Notes under the pieces: generated by a model | Seen by the model: only the letters and a program-made list of their open reading frames with translations | Databases searched by the model: none | What the model was told of the DNA's origin: nothing | Origin: Lama glama | Taxonomy: Eukaryota | NCBI GenBank assembly: GCA_028534125.1 | Contig: CM052821.1 | Location: 31,186,001-31,250,000, forward strand | Length of the DNA: 64,000 nucleotides | Direction of reading: 5' to 3' | Program-made: the position numbers and the translations under genes | In this document: piece after piece, positions 25,878-38,906 of the stretch | Numbering within the stretch: position 1 is the first letter of the stretch | Layout of the letters: every line of letters begins with the position of its first letter

Positions 25878-26600
25878 CAGCTGCAGCTTGGAGGATGAGC
25901 TGAGTCATGGTTGTATGTATCTTTTCTGGTCTTTACTGGGAAATTGTTTTGTGTTCCATCTTGCTGCTGCTCCATCCTGCTTCCTGGGCTTGGCTTTCCT
26001 GGCAGAACCATTTCTCTCAGCTGAGACTGTTTATAATTTAGATCGGTGATTATTTAGTGCTCAACCGAATCAGCCACATGCTGCTCTGAATGGGAGGAGA
26101 GAGGGGATTGGTCGCAGATAATAGAAAAGAGGATCTGAGACAAAGTGAAGGAGCTGCAGAAAAGCGAAGGGTTGCTTTAGACTTTTGATCGTAGCTGCTG
26201 TTGCTGTTTCCAGCTGAATCAGGGAGGAATGCTGAAATAAGTACATCTGCCCTCGAAGAAATCAAAGCCAGACACAGGAAGTGGGTGGAGGGAGCCTTCC
26301 AAAGTGCCTCAGCTGCCGCATGCCTTCTGTCTGCTGTGGGCACAGCAGCTGCACAGACCCCTCTTGTTGGGAGACAAGACAGGACCCTTTCAGTCCCATG
26401 ACCTCAACCTCATCTCCAGTGGTAGAGAAAAGAGAAGCTGAAAGCCTTCCGTGTGACTGAGCACATGAGAATGTGACAGTTATTTGGGGTAACAGATTTC
26501 CTGTGGGCCCTGGTGGCCAACAAGGGCCATTGTGTGGATGTGCACACCCGTGCTTGTGCCAGGGGCGGGGGTGGGGGGGCAAGGAAGACAAGGAGGCAGG
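25878..26600. promoter_or_regulatory. Candidate enhancer/promoter: five CAGCTG E-boxes, AP-1/ARE, ETS and GC box
   Basis: CAGCTG at 25878, 26018, 26211, 26310, 26346; GCTGAGTCAT 25899-25908; ACAGGAAGTG ~26274-26283; GGGGCGGGG 26562-26570; repeat-free with retained CpGs. Confidence 0.55.
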
Positions 26601-27139
26601 CGTCGTTCATTTCTTGACTCGTATAATGTGAATATTTCCAAGAGACAGAGATGGGCATTTTCAGGGTGTCAGATGCTCTAACGGAATCTACCCTTTGCAT
26701 TGGATTCAAGGTCGACTTTAACTAGGTATTTACATTCACAGTCCACTGACGAGATCAGAGCAACTATGCATCAGCTACGAAGAGAAAGGTTAACAACTCA
26801 AGCCTGTCCTAACTTTATTAGACCCAAATCTCCACCTTTGAAATATATAAGGAAGCAAAGGAAATGTATGTGCATGGAAAGAAGTGGGGATTCATGTGCT
26901 TTGGACAGGATGTATCAGCTAATTGAGCCTGAGACTGTGATGAACAACTTAGGCTCATTTGGGATAGGAGTTAGCTCATCATTTAATTCTAAGTTGGGCT
27001 CTGTTCAGCCATTTCAGCATCACCTCACATCTCCATCCATCATATCGCACGACATATTTTGAAGAAAGTGCCAAGTCAGTTTCCTCCTGCTGAGTGACTT
27101 GGTTTTCTTCCTCAGTTAATTTTGAATGGATCTCTTTTG

Positions 27140-27620
27140 GCTGACTACTATGTATTGAAGCCTTACTCTGTGCCAAGCTATGATAAGCACTTTATAGGGC
27201 AATATGATAGCATGGCTCTTAAACCACAGGCTTTAGAATCATTCTGCCAGGATCAAATCTCAGTTTATACCTTTGGACAAGTCACCTAATCTGGTGTAGC
27301 CTCAGTTTTCTCATATGTTAAAGAGGAGTGATTGATAATAGCACTAGCCTTATTGGATTAACATGAGAGTTAATAAGCATATTCGTGTACTGTGCTCTCT
27401 GTAATGCCTGACCCATAGTAAGTGCTCAGTAAATATTACATATTTACCATGAACCATCATTGTCACTAAGTATATACACCTCTCCCTATTTGCAAAGAAG
27501 AGAGGGGGAAAAAGATTGAGAGAGTTTAAGTTCCAGCTCAAAGTCACCCAACTTGTAAGTGGGAGATTCAGGATTCAAACTCAGTTCTGGGGGCAGAGTC
27601 TGTGCTGTTCAGCGCTACAT
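27140..27620. mobile_element. Sense MIR (~27200-27440) nested in an antisense MIR
   Basis: ttggacaagtcacctaat...gcctcagttttctcatatgt...catagtaagtgctcagtaaat, flanked by actctgtgccaagc and aagtcacccaacttgtaagtgg...ggattcaaactcag. Confidence 0.75.
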
Positions 27621-30459
27621 GTTTTATGATTTGGCTATTTACACCCACTTCTCCTCTCCTCAGAATGACTGCCAGTTTATCTGGAATGCATAATTTATTC
27701 TCAAATCTTTTGCTTTTCTGCCCTTATTTGATTCCTCTTCTCAGTTTGCAGTTTCACTGCTGTGTTTCTACATTGTACTTGCAACAGTTTTTTTTTTAAT
27801 ACCGTCTGTTAGAAACTAGTCATTTTGCTTCCACACATTCCTAAAGATAAGACTATTTCTTAAGAAAAAGTAGAATAAAGCAGGAACAGATTCTCAGATG
27901 TAATCGTCAGGATGTGCACTGAATATCTGAGTGCTCACAGGATCATTACACTTTCAAATATTCCTGTTCTGTGTGGCGAAGACTCAGTAACACTCTTGTA
28001 AAGACAGCTGGCTATTGTAGTCTGAGTGAAAAGCTTCACCAGTAGATCTGTGCTCAGTTTAACAATGAGAGAACAAGCGTGGTGTGAGTTTCAGATCTAT
28101 GTGTACATGTATATGTATAAATTATATGTATCTATGCATTCCTGTCTGTACATACACACCTGTGTGACCATTTTGGACTTTAGAGAAGATATAGTTGGGC
28201 TCTTATAGGCTACATCCACAAACCCCCACCATAAACTGAAAAACAGTTGTCATATACCAACCTATTAAATTGAAATAATTGAAATGAGTGGTTTCTTTGG
28301 GACTATTAAGGTGTAGATAATTTGAGAAGTCAATGATTGGAAGTCAGTTGTGGTCACATGCCTATGAGATCAAACAGGTTCATGGTATCAAACAGGTTCT
28401 TCACAATTATGGCAAAACATGGTTTATAATGTCCAGTAGTAATGAAGAAATATATTTGTATAGACATTATCACTGACATCTTCTTTTGTTTGAGTTTCCA
28501 GCTAATCGCATAGCTGTGGTTTCTTGGCAACAGGAGCTCTACCTTACTTGTACTTTTTACACCCCCTCCAGGGTTGTAGTACTTGGCATATGATTTTTAC
28601 TCAGTAAAGAAGTACAATTAACTGAAACTCATTCCCTCCCTCTTTTTTTTTAAACCTACTATTTAACTGGTTAAGAAGTTGTAAGTTTAAAAAATGTTTT
28701 TTTCTTAACCTTTGAAACTTGTTAACTAGTCAACGTTTTTTGAGCACTCGTGTCCAGATGTGCTTTGGAGGAATGCAAAGACGTGTTAGACAGAAGACAG
28801 GTAAGCCCATCTCTGCCTTCAGGTAGCTCCCAGAATAATTGCATATAGGCCTGATCTGAATAATTATCAAGCTACAGATCTTGCCTCCTGGCTGTGAATG
28901 TCTAACCATATTCTAGAAACAGACATAGCTTTATTTCCTGTGTTAGGCTTCACAAACAGAAGAAATCCTGTGTACTGTGTTCATCATTTTTCCTTAAGTT
29001 AGCTCTTTTAGGTTGCAGAAGAACTCAGGAAAACCACATAAGAGGAAGCCCAGTATTTCTGTTTGTTTGTTTCCAATGTATGAACATACTTGATAACTTG
29101 AGTTATTAAGATACAGCCCTGGTTGACGCAGGCTTTGGGTCACATGCTCACCCTGGGCCCCACACTCACCCTTTCTCTGGTGACCTTGTAGAACTCCAGA
29201 CTTTATACATTGGGACAGTAATCACAGAGTTAGGGGATACCACGAAGGGCACATCCACATACAGCTGCACCAGCACCATTCAGTGATCCCCCCTAAAGCA
29301 CAGTGATTGCTTCTGGAGGATAAATGAAGGGAAAATAGAGGTTCCAGGTACGTTGGGGCCCTAAAATACTTCAGAATGATGGTTTTCTGGGCGCTCCATC
29401 TCTGGAATATTTCATCAGAGATCTGCCTCTTCTGTTGTTTATTCTACGCACATTTACTTCTTTGTGCCAGGTTTTGTTTACATGTGAGGGACCCACATGT
29501 GAAAAGATGTCAGTCCTGTCCTTAAGGAATTTACATGTCTGGCTAGACTATTTGAAGGCCCCAGATGTGTGGCACCCACTCCTCACCGTTGTGAAGGAAC
29601 AACTGTTAGGTTCTGAAACTATATACAGTATTTGCTTTAAGAGACTACAGCAGCACAGGAAGTCCTGAAATACACCACAGAATATGAATAGCTTGTGGAT
29701 GATATTATGCTCCAGCTTAATGCAGACCGTAGCCAAGGGCAAGATATCTCATAACTAATTATATTCACTTTGCACTTAACAGAGACATTCAAAATACGGT
29801 TCTTAAAATTGTGTAAGCTGAACTTCTGTTAAAATTACACTCTCCCTAAGGAAAATAGCTCTCTTCCTTTGCTATACTTTGGGCTACATTTACAGGCTGC
29901 CAAAACACTTCATTTAATTTAGGGGCAAAGTCCGTCCAACCGTTGTCAGGGATCATGTAACAACCAGTTGTTTTGCTGATTTTTTTTTTTAAACCTTGTA
30001 ACTGTATGTTTGTGTTATGGTGGCCCAGCCTTAGGCTACTTGAGAGAGACAGAATTAAAAGAGTTGACTCAAACAGGCAATGAAAAAGAGAATGTGTATC
30101 CTTACAGAATTTTGGAGTTTAGAACACTTCCACATACATTATCTCATTTAATTATCTCAAAGCCTCTGCAGACAGAGGCACTGCTATTACTGTTCCTGAT
30201 TCTCAGGTGAGATATTATTTGAAGAGGAGGGACAGAGGCAGGATAAACATAGGTGGCCCTGCCTTGAAATCCTGTTTTTTACCCCACATGAGAGTTCTAA
30301 AATCCAGCATGTGCTGGGATAAATCTTTGCTAGAACCTTGTTTGCAATCTGATTGTTGACACCATGATGCCAATGTGGTTTAGTTTTCTCTTAGTGTATC
30401 GTGTACATAAGTCAGAATCCTAAGTCCGGTGTTTTCTAAAAGGAACCTCATGTTATCTC

Positions 30460-30467
30460 TGACGTCA
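30460..30467. promoter_or_regulatory. Full palindromic CRE (TGACGTCA)
   Basis: Exact match with intact CpG in non-repeat sequence; function untested. Confidence 0.35.
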
Positions 30468-31744
30468 ATAGGGAACTATTTAAATCTTAGGAATCGGGGA
30501 AACAGCATGTCCTGGTAGCCTTGGGTTTCTTTTTGTTAAGGCTAGAAGAAAGAAATGCCTTTAGTTCTGAACTTGACCTGGAATTTATCTTTCAACAGGT
30601 CATTAAGGACAAGCAATTGTTGTAGACAAAGGAATGGAATTGGGGCTTTCGTTAACCTCAAAATACTTCCAGTAGGAAGCAACTTAAGTTCACAACAACA
30701 AATATTCACATAGTCCCTAAAGTGTGCAGGACACTGTAAGTTTTAAGTGGGAGGGAGGAGGGTCACACATCCTGTCTTGCCCAGAAGAGTCCTGATTTAT
30801 GCCAATTGCCCTAGTGTCCTGTCTGCTTAGAGCCAGTGAACCTTTCCCTCTAAAAAATTACATGTTCAATCCAGTTAGACTAGACACAAAATCAAGAAAA
30901 AACTGAGACTTTGTCCTCAGGAGATTATAATTTGGTGAAAGCCAAGAGGAGGGTATAAAAAAGTATAGAGGAGAATATTCCAAGTGTTGTTTTAAAATGA
31001 TGTAAAGCAAATGATTTGGGAGTTTAGAAATATATATTTTGTTGGATTACTTATCACTTTGTTTTCCTCCTAAAGATCACAATAATAAGAGTTATCCAAA
31101 ACGCTGGATACATGCAAAACATATCCTAGTATAGAGAACTCACAGTTCAGATGTCCTTCTCCACTGAGGAAGATTTCCTTTGTTCCAGTACTCAGCTGGA
31201 CCACACCAGACAATTTGAACGCTTATATCACTAAAGGGAACCACCTGCTGAGAATTAATTCACAGTGTCTTGGCTGAGGGTCTATATTTCTAATTATGTT
31301 CTTATTTCCTCCTGCTCAGACTGATGCAGACGTCAGCGTGATGATTAGGAAGTGTGATGCTTCAGAAACAGGAACACGCTCTATAAAAATGCCCCTGAAA
31401 AGTACTTTCCCTTCTCTATTCTTGTAGTGAGAGTGCCTATTTGAACCTCACGGCTTTTGGTAAAAATATAAATTCTAGGCTGGTTTCTACTCTGAACAGT
31501 CTTTATCTGATTATTTAAAGCCCTCTACTTTGCAGTTACTTCCTATATTGGACTATTGAATCTCCCATCCGTAGGGTCCTTCCCCCGTCGTCCACCTATT
31601 TCACAGCTGTTGTAGGAGAAATTGTTTGCTGCCTCACTAAGGTATTTATTTTTTAGACTTAAATGTCTGTTTGCACGTGAATTACACTAGGTCCTGTGGG
31701 TGACAAGAAAGAAGAACAGTAAATAATGTCCTTTGACCTTAATA

Positions 31745-31871
31745 GAGGGACCACATGTTGTAATTTGCTTAGATAGTTCATGTCCATGCCAGGGGTCCTG
31801 GTGTAATTAATAACATCTCTTTTTTACTCTCAAAAGTGTCCCAATTTGGATAATAAATTATATGGTCCCCT
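31745..31871 (+). mobile_element. MER94 hAT-Blackjack MITE
   Basis: agggaccacatg...tgtaattaataacatc...actctcaaaagtgtcccaatttggataataaattatatggtcccct, with terminal inverted repeats. Confidence 0.85.
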
Positions 31872-32829
31872 AGACCTTAGAGGCCTTAAATTCAGTTATG
31901 GGGACAGGAGACACAGCAGAAGAAGACAACTAACACCACAAAGCAATGTGTGATGCATGCTGAATACATGACCTGTGCCGTCAGTGAATGGAATCACATT
32001 TTAAAAGAAGGAGAGACTGCGATGACTTGAGTGCTCTGATAAACTGCTTGAAGACGAGACTGATGTTGGCCCTTGACGACCATGTAGAATTCAAACAGGC
32101 AGTGAAGAAAGAGGATCGTGCAATAAACCCTTTTCTTGAGACTGTGCTAAAATCAAAGCAAAACATAATTTTTTCAATCTGCATTAGTGCTTGTAAAAAT
32201 GATTCCCTCCCCTCTTCAAAGCAAGCTGATTGTTACAGGCAAACCAGCTTGGTGTCTTGAGCAGAAAACCCATTTTAGTCTATTTAAATATGTGGGCGTT
32301 TTCCAAATGTTCACTCTGGTTCCCCGCCACATGAATGAGCCATTTGCTTTGCTAACATAATCACTACCCCGTGGTTATGGAGGGGCCAGAGCATGTGCCC
32401 AGGAATCCTCAGAAGGCAGCCTGGGCTTCAGTGGTACTTCCAAGATATGGAATTGCACACATCACGCATTTCCTATTTGGCTGCATTTTCAACCACCTCT
32501 TATTCCAAATGGGTACACAGACACCATGAGAAGGAAATGACGAATGGGGACACACAGAAAGCTACAGACTCAATTTTTAAAGACCTCTAAAGGAAGTGGT
32601 GGAAAGTGTACATGAGGATTACTTCTTATTCCAAATATCCCTAATGAACAGATTTTAATGCTTTTGGACCTAAGGTGTGAATGTCACAACCATCCTGCCT
32701 TCTTTGAGCATCATTCTATTAAAATGACTGTTCTCTTCTTAGAGTTAAATTACATCAGTAGTTTTTAGATTTTTTTCTTTAAGGATTAAAACCTTTCATT
32801 CAAACAAAATCTTAGAGATAATTCTGATA

Positions 32830-33340
32830 TGTGTGTGACACAGCCTGCTAGTTACCAACCCAATAGCCACTCTCCCCCTCTTTCTTATTAATGAAGCCCC
32901 AATTTTTATTGGGGGCAGCAATATGCCCAGCTTGAAATGATAGAAACTAAATTTCCTACTTCTCCTCTTACCTAAAGGTATGACATAGGTCTAGTCAAAA
33001 GAAGACAGAATATTAGGTTCCAAGAAAGGTCATCAAAGAAGACTAAATCATCTTGCATGTACCCTTTTGCTCTTTCCCTTTCCCTCTAGCCTGTCTGAAT
33101 AGTGGACATGATGGCTGGAGCTCTGACAGCCTTCTTGAGAACATAAAGATGAGGCCATACTCTCAAGATGTGGAAACAGAAATCCAAAATAAGCTTGGGT
33201 TTCTAATGATACCATGGAACAACCACACTAACCTCTGAACTTCCTACTTCTGCACTTATTTGAAAGAGAAAAATTTCTATGTTATTTAATTCTCTATGTT
33301 ATAATTTGAAGGTTTCTGCATTAGCAGAAAAAGGGAAATT
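32830..33340 (+). mobile_element. MaLR solo LTR (MLT1J-like)
   Basis: ccaacccaatagccactctccccctctttctt...ggggcagcaatatgcccagct...atgatggctggagctctgacagcc. Confidence 0.75.
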
Positions 33341-33949
33341 TTAATATTAAAGTGTTAAATTGATAAATGTTAATCTGTTGAATATTAAACTACAAATACG
33401 ACTGTTTTCCAGTTAAAGTAAATGTGAATAAAGATCAGAGTTCTACCTGTCATAATATTTAAAGTACAGGATATTTATTAAGCAACTTTAAGTTAATATG
33501 GCATTTCTGGAGGCACTGATAATAAAATAAAGGGCCATCTATAACTTATGTAACCTTACTAGAGTCATAACCTTCTGCATTGACTGTAGATTGCTCTTTG
33601 AGGTAGAAATATTGGAGGAAGCTGTAATTTCTTTATCTATTATTTCAGAGCAAGTGCTAATAAATCTGGAGTGGCTTAACCTAGACCTTAATTACTATTG
33701 AATCATATGCCTTTTCTCCGTTTAAGTGAGGGGAAAGAAGGATGCAAAAGAATAAAAAGGGAAAAATCATTTTGGGGTATCTACTAATTGCTGGCCATTT
33801 AATCTGTATTATACTATTTAATCAGGACTACAAACCTAGAAAGGAGAGAGATCCTATATGTTGCCCCACTCTAGCAGGCAACATTCACATAGAATACAAT
33901 GAAGAGTGTGCCTGCTGCAGATGTGTGAGCTGACACCCCTAAATTAGAG

Positions 33950-34455
33950 GACATAACTAGTTTTATTTTGTCTAGTGTTCCTTTCTTTGGAGAACCAGCC
34001 TCCATCTGATAGCAATCCTGCACCATTCATATCTTTCGGTGGGCCTGACGGTTTTCCTTGCCACAAGCCTCAGTTTGGTCATTTGACCCGAGCTTGTCCT
34101 ATCTTATTCTCCATCTGTTAGTCACAGTTGATTCAAAGATGTTCCTAACTAAAGACAGACCAACGAGAGTATGTCTTGAGACATTTTCTGGAGCTAAGGG
34201 GAAAGAGGTTTTCTTCCTCTTGGATCCTGAGTTGTGAAGAACATGTGATCCTTTAAGCTTCTGGTGGCCATCTCACTCCTCCGTAGCAACAGCCTCCCTG
34301 AAAATGGAGCTATAACATTATTTGAGAACACAGATTCAGTTATGTTGAAGACACTGGACTTTTTCAGTTACATGAGTCCATTAATATCTTTTTCTGAAAA
34401 AGCTAGTCTGATTTCTATTTCTATCATTTGCTGTGAAAGAGTTTCAGCTAATGCA
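33950..34455 (+). mobile_element. Old MaLR LTR (MLT1K/L-like)
   Basis: gacccgagcttgtcctatc...ggtggccatct...ggactttttcagttacatgagtccattaa...ttctatcatttgc...ctaatgca. Confidence 0.6.
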
Positions 34456-34799
34456 GGTAGCTATTACCATCTCCATGAGGCTGAGAAATTAAGGAATTTG
34501 GTGAAGCTGAGTCAGTAATTGATGGAAATAGGATTCTAATATAGGGCAATCTGGTACTCACATCCATCTCCTTTTCATTACACTAGGTTGCCTCCCCAAG
34601 CTGATGAAAATAAATCACAATTTATGGAAACCATGTTGATTTATCATTAGGCTTTCTAAAATAGCATATTATTTCTACAAACACAGTTTCCATGTCCCAG
34701 ATTTTATGCTAGTTCTAACTGGTAAATTTATGAAGCAGAATTATTACTCTTTGTTATGAAAATATTTCTGTATTTACAGAGCTTTAGAGGATGTTTCAA

Positions 34800-35900
34800 T
34801 GAGAACTGTCAACAAATCCTTTTTGAACACCTACTATGTACATGGCATTGGATTAGTCATTCATAGGGAAACAAAAGAAGGAAACAAATGGAAATAACCG
34901 TCTAGAGCATAACATATTTTTAAGTCACTACATTCCTAGATGAAAAGTGGTAAGGGCCGCAACACCAACACAGACAAAATGCTATTGCAAAAAGTGGTGG
35001 GTCGATAGGGGAGGTGTTAATTGAGCTAGCCAATAAAGATCATATAAGATTAAATGTGAGGCAATGTAAGCAGGGCATCTTAGGGCAGCGCTGTTCAACA
35101 GAACTTTCTGCAATGATGAAAATGTTCTGTATCTTCCCTGTGTAACATGGTAGATACTGGCCACATATTGAGTACATGAATTGTTAATTCAGCAATTGCA
35201 TGGCTAACGTCTACCATATTGGCGGCTGCAGTTCTAGACAAACAAATGCATAGGGTTTGCATGAAATATAAAGCAAGTTGTCTGCTTCAGCTGGAATTGA
35301 GTTCAGAAGGCAATGAAGTGAGAAATGCTATTTGGTAAAGTTGATAGGTTCCAGGTCATGAAAGATTTTGATTTGGGGCTTTGCTTTTGGTTAATAGGGA
35401 GCTAATGATGGCTCCTGAGCTAAGAAGTGGTATGATCAACCCTTTGTTCCAGGAAAATTAAACTGGCAGCTGTGAATATGTAGAACTAGAAAGAATACAG
35501 CATGGAAGGAGAGATGCCACATATGAAACCACAGTGAGAATTTAGACAAGTTAATGAAAACCTGAAGTTAATGGAAGACAGTGACAAAGGAAATGTAGTT
35601 AAAAAAAAAAAAGACACATGCACAATACATGACAAAAGTAGAAGCAAGAGAACTAAGAACTGGTTGGAACAGCTGGAAAGTGAGGAAGAGGAATGCATTT
35701 TGGAGAACAAAGAATGGAAGAAAAATTGTAAGAGAAATAGATGTGGTGGCACAGCCATATGATTTGTAGAGATGTTCTGAGTTTTGTTTTTGATCTTTTG
35801 GGTTTAAGGTGCTAGTGTTCGAAATATAATTAGAATTAAAGAGGACTGTTAGAATTAAAGAGAATGTTTTAAAATGCTGTCGAAATTTAAATTGGGAATC
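34800..35900 (-). mobile_element. L2 fragment with nested MER3 (~35082-35240)
   Basis: tcaacaaatccttttgaacacctactatgt (L2); gcagcgctgttcaacagaactttctgcaatgatgaaaatgttctgtatct...cagttctaga (MER3). Confidence 0.75.
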
Positions 35901-35954
35901 ATCTGCTTGTAGATCAGAGATCAGAAAACTATAGCTTTATATACCGTTTATATA

Positions 35955-36155
35955 CCAAAATGAGCCATATAGTTTATCTGGCCTTCCACCTGTTTTTTTA
36001 AGTACAGTTTTATTGGAATATAGCTAGTCTCATTTGCTTACATATTATCTATAGCTGCTTTCAGTATAATTGTTGAGTAGTTTCAACAAACTTATGCCTA
36101 CAAAGCCAAAATTATTTACTATCTAGCCCTTTACAGAACATATTTGCTGACCCTC
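35955..36155. mobile_element. MER58A hAT-Charlie MITE
   Basis: ccacctgtttt...agttttattggaatatagc...caaagccaaaattatttactatctagccctttacagaacatatttgctgaccc. Confidence 0.85.
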
Positions 36156-36869
36156 ATATAAATGATAGAAATCACCAGGATGCATGAGATTCTAATAATT
36201 TTACTGTAGGAAATTCCATTACTCATTAGAGTTCAATAAAATACTTTATTCACTATTACTATTATATTGACACAACTGTAATATACTACCATTCAGATTG
36301 AAAATACAGAGGTCCTCCATGATCCTAAAATATCTCTTGGATCACCAAGAAAATTTTAAATTATTCTCTGTATAAAAACACTGTTAAATGTGTTGTAGTT
36401 TTGTCTAGATATTTGGAAACTGATACTCCTTTCATGGCTTATATTTGATTATCTATTAGCCTTAGGACACTTCATTCTCTGTCTATGCCAAACAATATAT
36501 ATTTTAAGCCACGTTAAGTTCTTACTTTATTAAAGTTTTGTCAATTTATGAAAACTAAATAGGATCTGAAGTGTAAGTTTAGGTTCAAACTTGTGTGGTC
36601 AAAGGAATATGGGCAGCTCTTTGTATCTTACAGGGAGAATATATTTAAGTATTTAAGTGTAACAAAAAATGTATAAAAGGAAAGAAGAAAGGGAGAGAAG
36701 AAAGAAAGGAAAAGGAAGGGAATAAAGAGAAATACAGGAAGAAACAAAGACAAGACAGGTTAATCTACTGTAAAGTTGACCAGTTAACTATTACACACAG
36801 AGTACATCTGGGTAGGTTTCAGTGCTTCACAGATTCAGAGATTCACAAATACCTCCAGAATGTGAGAAA

Positions 36870-37425
36870 AAATATATATAAGGAACAAAAACAAACAAAA
36901 AAGGAAATCATAGGGCACTGAAATAGTACAGAAATCAGAGAAAAACTTCAAAATGTTATAATTAATGTCCCCAGAGAGATAGAATCTTTAATAAAATGAA
37001 ACAATCAGAATAGGAATTGAATAATGGAAATTTAAAATATGCAAGCTGAATTAAAATATCTAATTAAAAGTTTGGAGAATAATACTGGGAAAAGTCTCCC
37101 AGGAAGAAAAGAAATAATACAAGAATATGAAAACAATAAGAGATAAAAGAAAAGAAAATCTAAGGGTCAATCCAAGAGATGTGTCCTTGGGTTCACGACT
37201 AATATGAATTCTAGAAAGACAGAACAGAGGAAACAGAGGGAAGGAATTTATCAAAGAAATAATATAAGAAAATGAAGGTCATGAGTTTCCAGACAGAAGA
37301 ACAAACCACTCCCCCCCCCCAAAAAAGACACACACGAAGGCATAGTATCATGACAATCCAGAACACCAGGGCCAAAGATAAGATCCTAAAAGCTTCCAGA
37401 GAGAATAAACAAGTCACATGTAAAT
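36870..37425 (+). mobile_element. HAL1 / old L1 ORF1-region fragment
   Basis: A-rich ORF1-like remnant: ttctagaaagacagaacagaggaaacagagggaaggaattta...aagatcctaaaagcttccagagagaataaacaagtcaca. Confidence 0.7.
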
Positions 37426-37717
37426 TGGGTGACCACATATCGTAGTTCGCCTAAAATAGCCCATTTACACTTGCTGTCCGTCACACTTGCTTTACAATTC
37501 CTCTAGAATTTGTCTTTCCTTAACAAATTGTTATCATAAGTTGAGACACTGTAATAATTTGTAGTGGTTTTATAGGTCTCCACTTTGTATTTCCAGTTTC
37601 TGCTAAAAGTTTCATCAACAGCGTATGAGATGCACGTATAATGAATAGGATACTCACTTTAACCCATTGTTAAACCCAAATGATGATCAGCAATTATCCA
37701 TCTTTCTCTACCTCACT

Positions 37718-38385
37718 CTTTTTTTCCCCTTCAGCTGTATTGAGATATAATTGCCATATAACACTGTGTAGGTTTAAGGTGTATAATGTGATGACTTAAT
37801 AATACACATATATATTGAGAACAATTACCACCATAAGATTAGTTAACACATCTATCAACTCACATTCCTACTTTTTTTTTGTAGTAAGAACATTTAAGAT
37901 CTATTCTCCCAGCAATTTCAAGAATATAAAACAGTATTGTTAACTATAGTCACCATGCTGTAGATTAGCTCCCCTGCACTTATTCATCTTAATGCTACGT
38001 TTATAACCTTTGAGCAAAATCTCTCCATTTCCCCCATCCCCAGTCCCTGGCAGTCACCTTCTACTCTGTTTCTATGAGTTCAGCTTTTTTTCTTTTTAAT
38101 TCTACCTGTAAATGAGACCATACAGTATTTGTCTTTTTTTTTCCTGACTGATTTCACTAGCAGAATACCCTCAAGTTCCATGCATGTTGTCACAAATTTT
38201 CTTCTTTTTATGGCTAAATAATATTCCATATATATCACATTTTCTTTATTTATTCATCTGTCAGTGGACACTTAGGTTATTTCCATGTCTTGTCTATAGT
38301 GAATAATGTTGCAAAGAACATTGGGGTGGAAATAACTCTTTGAGAGAGTAATTGTATATCCTTTGGATATTTACTCAGAAGTTCC
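37718..38385 (-). mobile_element. L1 3' end (L1MA9-like) nested in BLACKJACK
   Basis: tattgagatataattg...aagaacatttaagatctattctc...acagtattgttaactatagtcaccatgctgta...ggacacttaggttatttccatgtcttg. Confidence 0.9.
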
Positions 38386-38906
38386 ATACCCTTTTGTGTT
38401 GCAGGGTAACTAATCTCTCCCTTTAGAGGACAGCATTTCTTGCTGATAAAACAAAAAGCACTCTGACACTAATCTCTTTTGGTCAGAGGAACTATTTGAC
38501 ACTATTACTCTGCCAGTCACTTGCTGCGCCACCTACTTGTCTCTGGAAGACACATGAAGTTATCAGGATCCCAGTCAGCAGGGAAGTGGCAATGTGGGAA
38601 ATATAGGTTGAATGCAGGCAAAATATCTGTGGGAAACAGAGGCTGACCTTTTGCAAAGGGCACATAGAGAGGAGTCAATACATTTGCTATAGTGGTTTTG
38701 TCATTTAGTTTATGGCATGACTCTAAAACTATCTTATTGTTTGATAATGCTTTTTTATTTTGCAGTAATGTTCTTTCAGCCCTAGTCAATTAAAAGAAAT
38801 GAAAGTTTATGTTTAATTAAAAATTATGTACGTAATTTCCATTTTTCAAATAAGTTGAGAGGATGAATGTGTAACTTGCATAAAATGTTTTTTGATGCTT
38901 CCCATC

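Noticed and set aside
26700-27062. 120-aa ORF next to the regulatory module
   Set aside because: TTG start, no recognisable domain, and a length expected by chance.
31988-32260. 90-aa ATG ORF
   Set aside because: Appears to overlap decayed L2-like sequence, with no coding signature or splice context.
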